In this document: one piece after another, positions 1 to 10,964 of the stretch | Layout of the letters: every line of letters starts with the position of its first letter | Position numbering within the stretch: position 1 is the first letter of the stretch | Source: Podarcis cretensis | Taxonomy: Eukaryota | Length of the DNA: 64,000 nucleotides | Reading direction: 5' to 3' | Assembly: GCA_951804945.1 (NCBI GenBank) | Contig: OX638160.1 | Span: 27,528,001-27,592,000 of the forward strand | Made by a program: the position numbers and the translations under genes | The notes under the pieces: generated by a model | Told to the model about the DNA's origin: nothing | Databases searched by the model: none | Seen by the model: only the letters and a program-made list of their open reading frames with translations

Positions 1-2993
1 CTCCTATTTCTGTCAGCTTGCTTCTTATATTCTTCTTTGGCTTTCTCTAAGTTGAGTTGGAGCTGACGGTGGATCGCTTCCATCTCTTCAACAAAATTTT
101 CCGCTGCAGGTACACTCCACCTTCCCCCGCCCTCTCCTGGAAACGCCCGAGGATGACACCCATAATTGGCTAGAAAGGGACTCATCCCTGTGGACACGTT
201 CTCCGCGTTGTTGTAGGCAAATTCTGCCAGAGGTAACCAGTCCACCCAATCCGTTTCTCTGTCCTTTACATAACACCTCAGATATTGTTGCAAAACCCCG
301 TTTGCCCTTTCTGCTTGCCCATTTGTTTCTGGGTGCCTGGCGGTGGAAAAACTTACCTCCACATGCAACATGCTCATTAGTTTCCTCCAGAACCTAGAAG
401 TAAATTGTTTTCCTCTGTCGCTCAAAACCCTCAAGGGGGCGCCATGCAACCTAAAAATGTGCTCCACAAACAACCTTGCGGTTTCTTCCGCTGTCACTGC
501 ATGTGAACAAGCTATAAAGTGGCACATCTTAGTTAGTAGATCTACCACCACCATGACCGCGGTTTTCCCTTTGGATCTCGGTAGATCGGTCATGAAGTCT
601 ATGGATACCATCTCCCATGGCCTTTCTGGGGTGGGTAAGGGTTCTAATAACCCCGCTGGCGCCAACCTCTCTCCCTTTGCTCTTTGGCACCTGTCGCATC
701 CCCTGACATACTCCCGCACGTCCTCCCGCACCTTGGGCCACCAAAACTCCCTGGTAACCAACCACATGGTTTTGTGCTGCCCGAAGTGCCCCGCCGTGGG
801 ACTGTCATGCAACTGCTTAAGCACCCGCCCTCTTAGTTCCCCACCTGGTATGTAGAGCGCCCCTTTGTAATATAGTTTTCCGTTCTTTTCCTCAAACCCC
901 CCTGCGTTCTCACCTGTCTCCCTGAGTTCCCTAAGTTTCTCTTGGGCATATTCATCGTTTTCAATACCCTCTACCAGTTCTCTTTGCCCCACCAATGCCG
1001 CCCCACAAACCCAGTGGTCCTCTGAGATGATATGTCTTTCTTCCGCCCCTCCTTCCCCCTCCAAGTACTCAGGTTTTCTGGAGAGAGCGTCCGCCCTGAC
1101 ATTCTCAGCCCCTGGCACGTAGCGAATCTCAAAATTGAACTTGGAGAACTCTTGCGCCCATCTTACTTGTCTCTGGTTCAACACTCGGGCTGTTCTCCAG
1201 TATTCTAGATTTTTGTGGTCTGTCCGCACTTGAACCTTGTGTTGCGCTCCAATCAACAGGTGTCTCCATCTCTTGAACGCTTCGTGGACAGCGAGTAATT
1301 CTCTGTCGTACACTGTATAATTCCTCTCAGACTTGTTCAATTTCCTCGAGAAGAAGGCACACGGCCTCCATTCCGACGTATTCGCTCCTGGCTGCAGAAG
1401 CACGGCCCCCACCGCTCTGTCAGACGCGTCGGTTTCCACCCTCATCGGCTGCTGCAGATCCACGTGTAAGAGTTGTTCTTCCGAAGCAAACGCCCTCTTT
1501 AAACTTTCGAAAGCTCGCTGCGCTTCTTCCGTCCAGACAAATTTCTTCTTACTGCTGAGACAATCCGTGATGGGGGCTGTTAAATGGGCGAAGTTCTTGA
1601 TGAACTTCCGATAGAAGTTTCCGAACCCCAAAAACCTCTGCACATCTTTCTTAGTTTTCGGTGGCCTCCATTCCAGCACCGCTTGCACCTTGCTAGGATC
1701 CATGGCCAGCCCCTTGTCCGACAACCGGTACCCAAGGAATTCCACCTCCCTGGTGTGAAACTGACACTTCTCCAGTTTCACCCACAGCTGGTTTTCTTGC
1801 AGTTTGCTCAGTACTTCTCGCACATCTCGCACATGCTGCTCTTCATCCTCCGAGTACACCAGTACATCGTCCAAGAACGCAGCACAGTTCTTGTACAGCA
1901 ATGGTCCTAGTACGTGATTCATGAATGATTGAAATACTGCTGAACCCGCCTGGAGGCCGAAAGGCATAACGCAGTACTCAAATGCCCCCAAGGGGGTGAA
2001 CATAGTGGTTTTCCACTCATCTCCCTTTCTCATACGTATCAGGTTATACGCCCCCCTCAGGTCCAGCTTGGTAAAAATCTTCCCTTTTCTCACCCGGGTC
2101 AGAATGTCATCGATTCTGGGCATAGGGAAGCTCACGGGTTCGGACACTGCGTTTAGGGCCCTGAAATCCACAATTAATCTCGGTTTGTCCGAGTTTTTTT
2201 TGTCCACAAAGAACACTGGACTACCCCCCACCGCTCGTGACTCCCTGATGAACCCACGCTTGAGGTTTTTGTCAATAAACTCCCTTAGCTCCTGCATCTC
2301 TCTGTCAGACATTGCATACACCTTGCCCACTGGCAATTGCGCTCCTGGAAGTAAGTTGATTTGGCAGTCAAAGGGTCTGTGCGGGGGTAGTTTATCTGCT
2401 TCCCTTTCGCTGAAGACGTCGGCAAAATCTGCATATTGTCGTGGTACCCTACCTTGTTCCATTGCTTCTATCTTTGCTAACGTGGCCTGAGTGCCTACTT
2501 GGCCCCCTTTTTCTGTGCAGTGTCCCATACAATGCGCTGACCCAAAGGAAACCACTCTCTGATGCCATCCCACAAGCGGATCATGCAGCGCTAGCCAGCT
2601 CATCCCCAAAATGATGGGTGCTCCTCCCAACGTGGCTATATTAAACGCTATCCGTTCTGTGTGTCTTGCCACCCTCATTGTCATGGGGACAGTCTGCTGG
2701 TCTACTTCTCCCCCCAACAGCGCCCTCCCATCAATCGTGGTCACCTGCAGGGGATTTTTTAAAGGAATGGTTTGTATCTGATGGGCGGCTGCAAACTCCT
2801 TACTCATAAAGTTGCAGGAGCTGCCTGAGTCTAGTAACGCCTTCACTTTTAGTGGGTGTCCCTTTGCCAGCTCCAGCAATACCTCTATTACAAGAGCTGG
2901 TCTTGGGGGTTCTGGCGTGGGCACATTTACTGTTCCTTGGCCTGGCTGCTGTGCCCCGTCGGTGGCAGCCAGGCGTTGGCTTTTACTTGCTCC
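1..2993 (-). CDS. pol: Pol polyprotein (protease, RT, RNase H, integrase), in the -1 frame relative to gag, open to the window edge
   Basis: Manual translation gives ALLDSGSSCNF (protease), MPFGLQAGSAVFQ and AFLDD (RT), ETDASD...RELLAV...RTDHKNL (RNase H), and HDSPTAGH...CDRC, SIDF, LSDRG, QAER (integrase). It is absent from the ORF track, consistent with no stop before position 1. Confidence 0.92.
2919..2987 (-). promoter_or_regulatory. Predicted -1 ribosomal frameshift signal (heptamer + H-type pseudoknot)
   Basis: Minus strand: A_GUA_AAA (2987-2981), 6-nt spacer, stem 1 GCCUGGCUGC/GCAGCCAGGC (2974-2965 with 2949-2940), stem 2 GGGCACA/UGUGCCC (2956-2950 with 2925-2919). Confidence 0.72.
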
Positions 2994-3940
2994 TTAGCTG
3001 CTTCTCCCTCCTCCCCAACAGCTCCCGCCATTCCTTGCCATTCCTTTCTTTGCGGACAAACCCTGGCAAAATGACCTGGCTGTTGGCAGAGAAAACATTT
3101 CTTGGCGCCTTTTCCCTCCTTCTTCCGCCCTTCACTGGGGTTTGAAATTGCGCGCGCGCGCGCTGTTCCGATCTCCATCGGCTCTGCTGGCAGTGAAGGC
3201 TGCTCTGGCATCTCTGGAATGCGGAAATCCCTCCAACGCTCCCCTTTCCCTTCCCGCTTCTCCAAGGCTCTGGCCTCCTGGCGTGAGCCTATGGCCAGCG
3301 CTGATTTAGTCAGAAGGTCCATAGACTCCGCCCTGGGCCCCCGGGAAAGTTCGTCTTTCACTGCCGAAGATAGTCCTTCTTCGAACAGCATTTGTATCGG
3401 TTCCGCTGACAAATCCCATCCTAATTTATGGATCAACATGGTGAACTCAGTCCAGTACTCACGGACAGATCGGTTCCCTTGTTTACACGCCATTAACTGC
3501 CTGCGCGCCACTCCCTGCTCAATCTCGCTGGAAAACATCAGATCCATGGCGCGAAAAAACTTCCTTGTGTCCCTTAGGGCTTCATTATTGGCTGCCATTA
3601 GTGGTCTCACCCAATCTCTGGCCGGGCCTTCGAGATGCCCAATCACAAAAGCAACCCTCGAATCCTCATCAGGAAAATCATCAAACTGCAGATTGAGGGC
3701 ATATTGCATCTCAGTCCTGAAGGCTTGATAATTCCTGGGATCCCGCCCAAACTTCTGCACCAGTCCTGGCACTTTCCTCGAGAGCTGGGCGGCTTTCCCC
3801 TTTTCTGCATCATGAGCCCTCCTCTCCTCCAACCTCGCCGTTTGCAGAGCTAACTGTACCTCCAACACCCTGTACCTTTCTTCCAGGCTAGGACCGGCTG
3901 CAGCTGCTCCCCCATCTCCGGCTCCGGCTGGGTTGCTCAT
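2927..3940 (-). CDS. gag: Gag protein (337 aa), PEG10/RTL-like capsid + zinc knuckle
   Basis: ORF with capsid-like segments (VAFVIGHLEGPARDW; KQGNRSVREYWTEF; LFEEGLSSAVKDEL), an EPMEIG motif and CX2CX4HX4C (CFLCQQPGHFARVC). Confidence 0.93.
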   Translation of the reverse strand: MSNPAGAGDGGAAAAGPSLEERYRVLEVQLALQTARLEERRAHDAEKGKAAQLSRKVPGLVQKFGRDPRNYQAFRTEMQYALNLQFDDFPDEDSRVAFVIGHLEGPARDWVRPLMAANNEALRDTRKFFRAMDLMFSSEIEQGVARRQLMACKQGNRSVREYWTEFTMLIHKLGWDLSAEPIQMLFEEGLSSAVKDELSRGPRAESMDLLTKSALAIGSRQEARALEKREGKGERWRDFRIPEMPEQPSLPAEPMEIGTARARAISNPSEGRKKEGKGAKKCFLCQQPGHFARVCPQRKEWQGMAGAVGEEGEAAKEQVKANAWLPPTGHSSQAKEQ

Positions 3941-3985
3941 GATGCCTCTCTTTGCACAAGCTGCTTTCAGGCACTGTCAGATTGC

Positions 3986-4395
3986 TGTGGTGGGATAAGG
4001 AGCTGCTTGTGCGTTGAAACTCGATCCCTCAGAGCTCACTCAGTGTAGTGAAACCCTGCCTTGAGAGGAGCCCTTGAGCATGGCTCCCTCAGTCGCTGGT
4101 AGAATCTGACAGTGGGCGTTTGCGGAAGCGTTTCCAACATAAAAGCTGTTTCACAGACATGCGCCTCCTGGATTCCCTGCGTGACAGTTTCCGGCGGGGG
4201 GTGGGAGTCCTTAAGGGCTGTTCTGATACCTCCTCGCTGTTCCCACTGGAAGTATCCCAGAGCCTCCCCTCCGACTCCCTTTCCTTTGGAGCTCCCGCAC
4301 TCCCCCTACTGGTTCCCTCTTCTGCTGAAGAAGAGGCTCTCCTATTCTCCTGAAGCCTTCTCACCACCTGTCCTTCCGATGGCAGTTCCCTGACA
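3986..4395 (-). repeat. 5' LTR of the Gypsy element (~410 bp; TGT...ACA)
   Basis: Minus strand starts TGTCAGGG at 4395. The end is placed at ...CCACCACA (3986), just before the putative PBS; an alternative end is ...CTGACA at 3975. The 3' LTR is not in the window to confirm. Confidence 0.7.
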
Positions 4396-4725
4396 ATAAT
4401 GATATCTCCTGTAACAAGACGGATTGCAATACTTCATTTACTATGGGTTAAGCAAGATTAAATGTAGCAGAAATTACTTACAAGTCAAATGTGCATAGCA
4501 TTGATGTATTATATTAAATCAGAAAACTAAGGTCCTTATTTATTTGTTTCAGCAATTTTTACCTAGTATTGACCCCAAAGGGCTCCTAGAGCAGCTTTCT
4601 TAAATTCCATAATAAACGCTTAACACATACGTGTCATGTCATAATGTCCCTGAGTTTCTGTATCTACACCTTTTGACATGAAATTAAGAAATTCTTAAAT
4701 TATAATGTAAAGAGTTATTCTTATA

Positions 4726-5451
4726 GCACAGTGATCCATGTGACGGTCATCTCCAGGCTTGGCTACTGTAATTCGCTCTACACCCTTGAAGCTGTCCCAG
4801 AAACTCCAGCAGGTACAGAATGCTGCAGCGAGGCTCCTCACAGGGTCTCTGCCATGGGAGCATATTCACCCAGTGCTCTTCAAGCTGCACTGGCTCCCGG
4901 TGGAGTACAGGGTCAGATTTAAGGTGCTGCTTTTGACCTTTAAAGCCCTTCACGGCCTAGGACCCTCGTACCTACGGGACCGCCTCTCCTGGTATGCCCC
5001 ACGGAGAGCCTCAAGGTCCATAAATAACAACACCCTAGTGGTCCCAGGCCCTAAGGAAGTTATATTGGCTTCAACCAGAGCCAGGGCCTTTTCAACTCTG
5101 GCTCCGGCCTGGTGGAACGCTCTGCCTCATGAGACCAGGGCCCTGCAGGATCTGATTTCTTTCCGCAGGGCCTGTAAGACAGAGTTGTTCCGCCTGGCCT
5201 TTGGCTTGGAGCCAATTTGATTCCCTCTCTTTCTTTTTTCCTTTCCTTCTCCTCCTGCGATGAGGCTACATTTTAATATTTTAATGTTTCAATATTTTAA
5301 TGTTGTATTTTAATTTTGTTTTTAAGTTGTAATCATTCAACTTGTTTTTATTATTGCTTGTAAGCCGCTCTGAGCTCGGCCTTGGCTGGGAAGGGCGGGG
5401 TATAAATAACAATTATTATTATTATTATTATTACTATTATTATTATTATTA
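4726..5451 (+). mobile_element. 5'-truncated L2 LINE (ORF2 C-terminus, 3' UTR, (TTA)n tail)
   Basis: Peptide KLQQVQNAAARLLTG...LHWLPVEYRVRFKVLLLTFKALHGLGPSYLRDRL, typical of L2 ORF2. L2-like 3' end GTAAGCCGC...GGGCGGGGTATAAAT followed by (TTA)n. Confidence 0.88.
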
Positions 5452-6549
5452 TCTTTGGTAAAAGTAGGTGTTGGCTGTTCATGTAAGTCATACTGCAGAA
5501 TTGGCTAAACTGTGGCTTACCAGATGTTGTTCCCATCTGCTGTTGTCATGGTTGGGGGTGATGGGGATTGCAACCCAGCAACAACTAGAAGGCCACAGGA
5601 TAGCCATCACTAGTTTACTGGCTGATTCCAAAGGTTGGGCCAGTTTTGACACTATTAGTCTCCTTTTCAAAAGGCCAAAACTCCATTTTGGGAATATGCT
5701 ATACACTGTGCAGTAGGGATAAACAGATGTTTCTGGTTTTATAGTATAAACCCTCAGAGAAACCAAATAAACTTGAAATGTCTAGAAGACTAAGAAATCC
5801 GTTGGCACTTTCAGGCTGTTGACCAGAAGTAGCTTTCATTTTTTATTATTCCTCTTTTTAAAGAAACAACTGAGGCACTAAGAGCAGCAGGAGTTTACTG
5901 AAAAGAGCCACGGAATCCCCATGTTGCTATCTGTAGCTGTTGCCTTTCCCCCCACCCAAACCCATTTCTGCCACTTCTGTTCTTAAAATGTGTCTGGTCT
6001 TAGTTAGGGAATGGATGTGGAGGAGCCACTGAAAACATTCAAATATATCAAGGCAATGTTCCTTTTCAGTTTTCTTGAATGTTCTTCATTTCCCCCTAAG
6101 ATAAGGCCACTATTCATATTCAAAAGCTGTTCCTTTGAGACTGTTGGTCTCTTACAGTAGTTAATAGATTTATTCTTTAAATCACTGAATGGAATCAAGG
6201 TCTTAAATCAAGTCTGGACTCTTTCAGTCATCTAATATGTACGGAGTGATTGGTATGTACTGCTTGGAGATTGCAGCAACTGTTGCAGTACTTGCATACA
6301 TTTGCTTGTTTATAATTGGCTCCTATATGGAAAACACAGATGGTGTAGACTCTGGCTTTCCATATGTTTTTGGTTAGAGCAAATTGTGTTTAACTAGTAA
6401 TTTTAAATTCTTATTTAATTATGTGAACTGGACCTTTTTTTTGTAATAGGTGTCCAGTTTTTTTGTGTTTTTTTTGCATATTTAATAGATTTATAGCTTG
6501 CATTTCCACTATTTAGGTCTTTAAAGTGGGTCACACACATAGTTGAATA

Positions 6550-6679
6550 CCTGAAGAAGTGTGCATGCACACGAAAGCTCATACCAATAACAAACTTAGT
6601 TGGTCTCTAAGGTGCTACTGGAAGGATTTTTTTTATTTTGTTTCGACCACGACAGACCAACACGGCTACCTACCTGTAA
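6550..6679 (+). mobile_element. Penelope-like-element-derived ~130-bp insert with minimal hammerhead ribozyme core, copy 1
   Basis: CTGAAGA-A-GTGTG-CATG-CACAC-GAAA-GCTC core. 11-bp TSD ATAGTTGAATA at 6539-6549 and 6680-6690. Near-identical copies elsewhere in the window. Confidence 0.8.
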
Positions 6680-7444
6680 ATAGTTGAATAAAGTTTACCG
6701 TCTCAGCATGAGGCTGGCTTCCTCATGTAGGTCTTCCACTTGACAACAAAGCATGGATTGCTGTTGTTGAGAAAATGCAATTTTCATTCTTAATTTTCCA
6801 TTCTCCACCCAACCCAAAATAGTCAGCATTTTGTGCCAGCTGGGCATGCTCAGTTTTTATTGGATGGTTTTGTGGAGTTAGCAGTTTTTCTATATTAAAA
6901 AGTGCTTTTGAAATCTCAGGGTTGTCCCAAGTTGGAGAATTGAATTCGCTATTAGTCTATTCAGATGGGACACTGCAACAAAATGCTTCAGATATGTATG
7001 TTGACAGGGGCAGAGCTTTCAAAGCCAAGAGACTGCCTGGAGCAAGTGAGCAGGATGGTGCTGGCTGGTGAATGAACAGGCAGGTGCCCTTTTGTCTCAG
7101 TTTCTCCATTCTCAATTTCCAGCTGCTTCTATTCTCCCTCTCACTCAGCTTTTAGTTATAGTTGCGGAGCAGAACTGGAATTAGAATGCAGGATGATTGG
7201 TTAATCTGGAAGCCCTGTGGCCTTCTCATATTGATATTCATCAGTCCATAGAAATGTCTACGCTTTGTGTTGTTTCTTTAAAAAAACAACTTATGCATGC
7301 AATGCTACTACAGTATTTAGAAGGCGAGCTGACTTTGATTATGATTATTCACTATTTTCTTTGGTCTCAGTTGAATAAATCTAATAATTTGTGAGCTGCA
7401 TTTTTATAATTTGCTACCATACGAACCATACCATCCATATTTTG

Positions 7445-7572
7445 CAGGGGTAGGAAATGTCTGGCCACCCAGATGTTGTTGTACTCCAACTCACTTCGGC
7501 ACTAGCCTACGTGACCAATGGTGGGAGTTGTTGTTCAGCAACATCTGGAGGACCATATGCTCCCCAACCCTG
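7445..7572. mobile_element. Short palindromic hAT-type MITE (degenerate)
   Basis: CAGGGGTAGG...CCCCAACCCTG termini with internal inverted CCAGATGTTG/CAACATCTGG. Same family as 20118, 40963 and 50166. Confidence 0.6.
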
Positions 7573-8413
7573 TTCTGGAGGAGCTTCCAACAGATGGAAC
7601 ATCTGTATATCCAAACCATAGTTTTGTATGTAATGTTTGTTCTATTCATTTATTTAAAGTTGTGAGAACTGAGCACATAAAAAGCAGCATTAATAATAAT
7701 CATGGTTCATTAACCAATTAGTTAGAAATTGCAGGAATATTCGGAGCAAACAGAAATGCATCAATTGTATCATAACCAATCTGTGATGAAGTGGTACATC
7801 TTTCTCCTTAATCTAAAATACATAATAAATTAGACAGATAAGCATGCTAAGTCACTTAGGATTCTCTTCTATCCTCACAATAAAAGGATTTGCTCCAACG
7901 AATATTTTGCTGATTCTCAAGGATTTGGATTAGTCTACAAGAGAACAGAAAACCTGTGGCAGAGATGCATGGCATAGTGTATTCAGATGCTACAAAACAG
8001 GATTAAGAGGATTTCAGCAATTTAATTTTTCTTCCCCTTCAGAACCTAAGTCACCCTCTTATAAACTCCTTCCAAAATATGCTGTACACACTTTATCGTA
8101 GCCCTTTGTAGTTCAAGATTACAGTATATGAGTTTAAATTCCAGATTTGGCATGGTGTACCAAGCCAAAACATCATAAGACTGCCTGGGAAGGGGGAGAA
8201 ACATTTTATATAACCGAAAGAGTAATCCAATCATTTGTTTCTAGCAACAAATTTCTATGATATCTGCTGAATCCCTGTTTTATAATTTCTCAAAATGCTA
8301 GGTGGGGGGGAGTGCTCACATTAAAACATTTTATCTATTATTAGCAGAAAAAGACTGCTCCAGGAGCAGTGTTTTAATTGTAGTTTTAATTGCAGCTCAG
8401 GACAGCACTAGCC

Positions 8414-8681
8414 TAGGGTTGCCATACATCTGGGAACTCCCGGACATGTCCTCTTTTGGGGGGTCCTACATGCCCATTCGGGGAGAATTTCACCTTTTAA
8501 AGCTAATATCTTAGATTTTGGGTTTAAATTTTGTGTGTGCTTGCACGGACAAGTGGTTCTGGTTCAGGCTCTGGTGTGGGCGACCCGGGCTTTGGCTTCG
8601 GCGGCTTGGGCTCAGTGGCTCTAAAAAAGCTCAACAATTTTTTGTCTCCAGATTCTTACTTCTTGAAACATGGCAACCCTA
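8414..8681. mobile_element. hAT (Blackjack-like) non-autonomous DNA transposon
   Basis: TIRs TAGGGTTGCCAT/ATGGCAACCCTA and a perfect 8-bp TSD CACTAGCC (8406-8413, 8682-8689). Confidence 0.85.
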
Positions 8682-10838
8682 CACTAGCCTGTTTTCCAGT
8701 CAAGCATTGCCTAACACCCATGAAGATTCACCACTTCCAACATCTCTGTATACTCATGTTGGAATAGGAAGTGGAGGCTCACCATGCATGAGAGCCTGAA
8801 CTGAATTGCTAATAAAAAGACATGCATTCAGGACCATCTTCTCCCAGGTATACCCAGCTTCTTGTGATCTTCTGGAAAGGCTTTGCTTCATTTCTAATTA
8901 GCAAGGGCATTGCTAGGGATGCTCACTTTTATTTTGTGGTACCTGCATTGTAGAATTCAATTAGAGTTCCCCTTTCAAGTCCATAATTGTAGATTTTTAG
9001 GTTGCAATAGATGATTCTTTTTATACTGGCATTTTAGGTGCAACATGATTTTGATTTTTTAGCTCTCTTGAAATTAAACCAGTACACTTCTCCTTTGCAT
9101 CTTCTTCACTGCTCGTGTGTGGGCATTTCCTTCTGTTGACTCTCTGGCCATTATAGTACGTGACACTAAACTGTGGATCAGCACTTCTCCCACCTGGCAC
9201 ACAGACAGGAGAAGGACTTTGGCAGAGTAGGAGAAGGACTTTGGCAGAGTTTAGTTTCACTTTCATAGAATCCCAGTCTAGCAATATGAACCAGAGAACA
9301 TAGCTAAAAATAAGCACTGGTTAGCTTAACAAGCCATCTTTATAATTCATGGTTTGAAGTAAGCATGTTACAAAGCTTTTCTATTACAGTTCATTTTAAA
9401 ACACTATCCCTGGTTTGAACACAGTGCTAGGCTGCGATTTTGTGAAAGTGGAAGTAAACTTCCAAACTGTGTGGAAGGAGCAGTGGATGGAGTGTGTGAG
9501 CCTGGTGCTTTGCATGGGCTTGTTCAGGTTCATCCACATAGCACCAAACCATGGTTCAGCATTATGTGCAAATGTGGCCTCACTCTCCTTGTCAGCAGTG
9601 GAGTACAACTGCAGGTGCACAATGGGGAATGTAGTAATCTAACTAGATTGAGCCCAAACTTTAAAAAAAATGCTATTTGACTTTAAAATAGCTAACATAC
9701 AGCATTTTTGTGTGTGTATTGCTCTAGAAATACTACCCTACCGATGGGAGTGTTGGCAACACCAGTATAAGATATGTCTAACAGAGGAAGGGGAAGAGGC
9801 TAGAGAAGGGGAGAGAATGCAGCTGAAGGACCTTTTCCTGTTCTGCCCATTAGATTCCAAAGGCAATTACCCAGTGCTTGAATAAATCATTGATGCTTGG
9901 TTATATGAGCACCGATGCAGATAAATAATTCTATTGTCATTGGCTTAAAGATACGGCATGCTATCAGGCTAACAATTTACTCCTCATTTGCATTTGAGGA
10001 ACAAGGTTGTGTACACTCCTATTTAACCTGCTGCCACTGAACTCCCACTGCCGCATTGGGAAGCAGGGTCCACATGACATTAGCCGCAATCCATATCTAT
10101 CCAGTATCTGTCCTGTTGTTTCCCATAAAATACTGTGTTTTTATGTGTTTTTCTGCAAACCAGCTTTGATCTGAATTGAGAAAATGAACGGGTCTAGCCA
10201 GTAAATGTATACACAGACATAGTTTGTGTTGCTGTGGAAGCAAATTATCAACCCCATGCTGAATGGAAACTGAACGCTGCTCAGGCAGGGGCTTAAAGTG
10301 GTTAAATGTCCAGCAGATGAGTCGTGCCAACTGGACTTGCACCTGTTCCTCACAGCAGACATGAAGTGAAATAATTGCCCAAGCAGTGCTAGGACTGTCA
10401 ATAATTTTTCTTGTGACAAGAAGCTGGCATACTTAGTGACATTTCTGATTAACCTGGTGTGCGCCACGTTATAAACTGTGACACGTTATATTCAATATAT
10501 CACTATTTGTATTGATTCAAGCAGATTGCAAACATCTTTCATATTTAGTCTAATAACAATTTAACATCTTGGTGATATTTTCTCTTTATGCATTGTGGAA
10601 TATTATTAATAATCGATTCGTAAGGCTGAATTAAATTGATTGCTCTACATATGACTAAGTAGCGCCATTCTTTGGGATACTATTTAGCTTCACTGAATTC
10701 ATTTAAATTTTAATTCCTACTCGGATGCTCTTGAATTGTATATGTGGAAAGGCAGTGAGGTCACACACACCATCCCTCCAACCTGGACTTTCCTCTGTTG
10801 GGCAGAAACATCTGAAGGGGGATTATAACTGTATTTGG

Positions 10839-10964
10839 CTGAAGAAGTGTGCATGCACACGAAAGCTCATACCAAGAACTAACTTAGTTGGTCTTTAAGG
10901 TGCTACTGGAAGGAATTTTTTTATTTTGTTTTGACTATGGCAGACCAACACGGCTACCTATCTG
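10839..10964 (+). mobile_element. Penelope-derived hammerhead insert, copy 2
   Basis: Same core and body as copy 1. Flanking duplication TGGCTGAA (10836-10843, 10965-10972) overlaps the element start. Confidence 0.8.

Larger units (their letters stand above)
1..4395 (-). mobile_element. Ty3/Gypsy LTR retrotransposon (sushi/chromovirus-like), 5' LTR + gag + pol, truncated by the left window edge; antisense within AKAP9 intron 1
   Basis: Gag with CCHC knuckle, then PR-RT-RNaseH-IN in Gypsy order. Sharp GC-rich/AT-rich boundary at 4395, where the minus strand begins TGTCA. Confidence 0.96.

Noticed and set aside
343-3853. Long plus-strand ORFs (343..855, 1996..2490, 3102..3728 and others)
   Set aside because: Antisense shadows of the GC-rich gag/pol frames; no recognisable motifs.
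2927-3940. Gag as a domesticated PEG10/RTL/Arc-like host gene
   Set aside because: It sits within a complete element with LTR, RT, RNase H and integrase, so a transposon is the simpler explanation.
9207-9250. 22-bp tandem duplication AGGAGAAGGACTTTGGCAGAGT
   Set aside because: Ordinary slippage duplication with no functional context.
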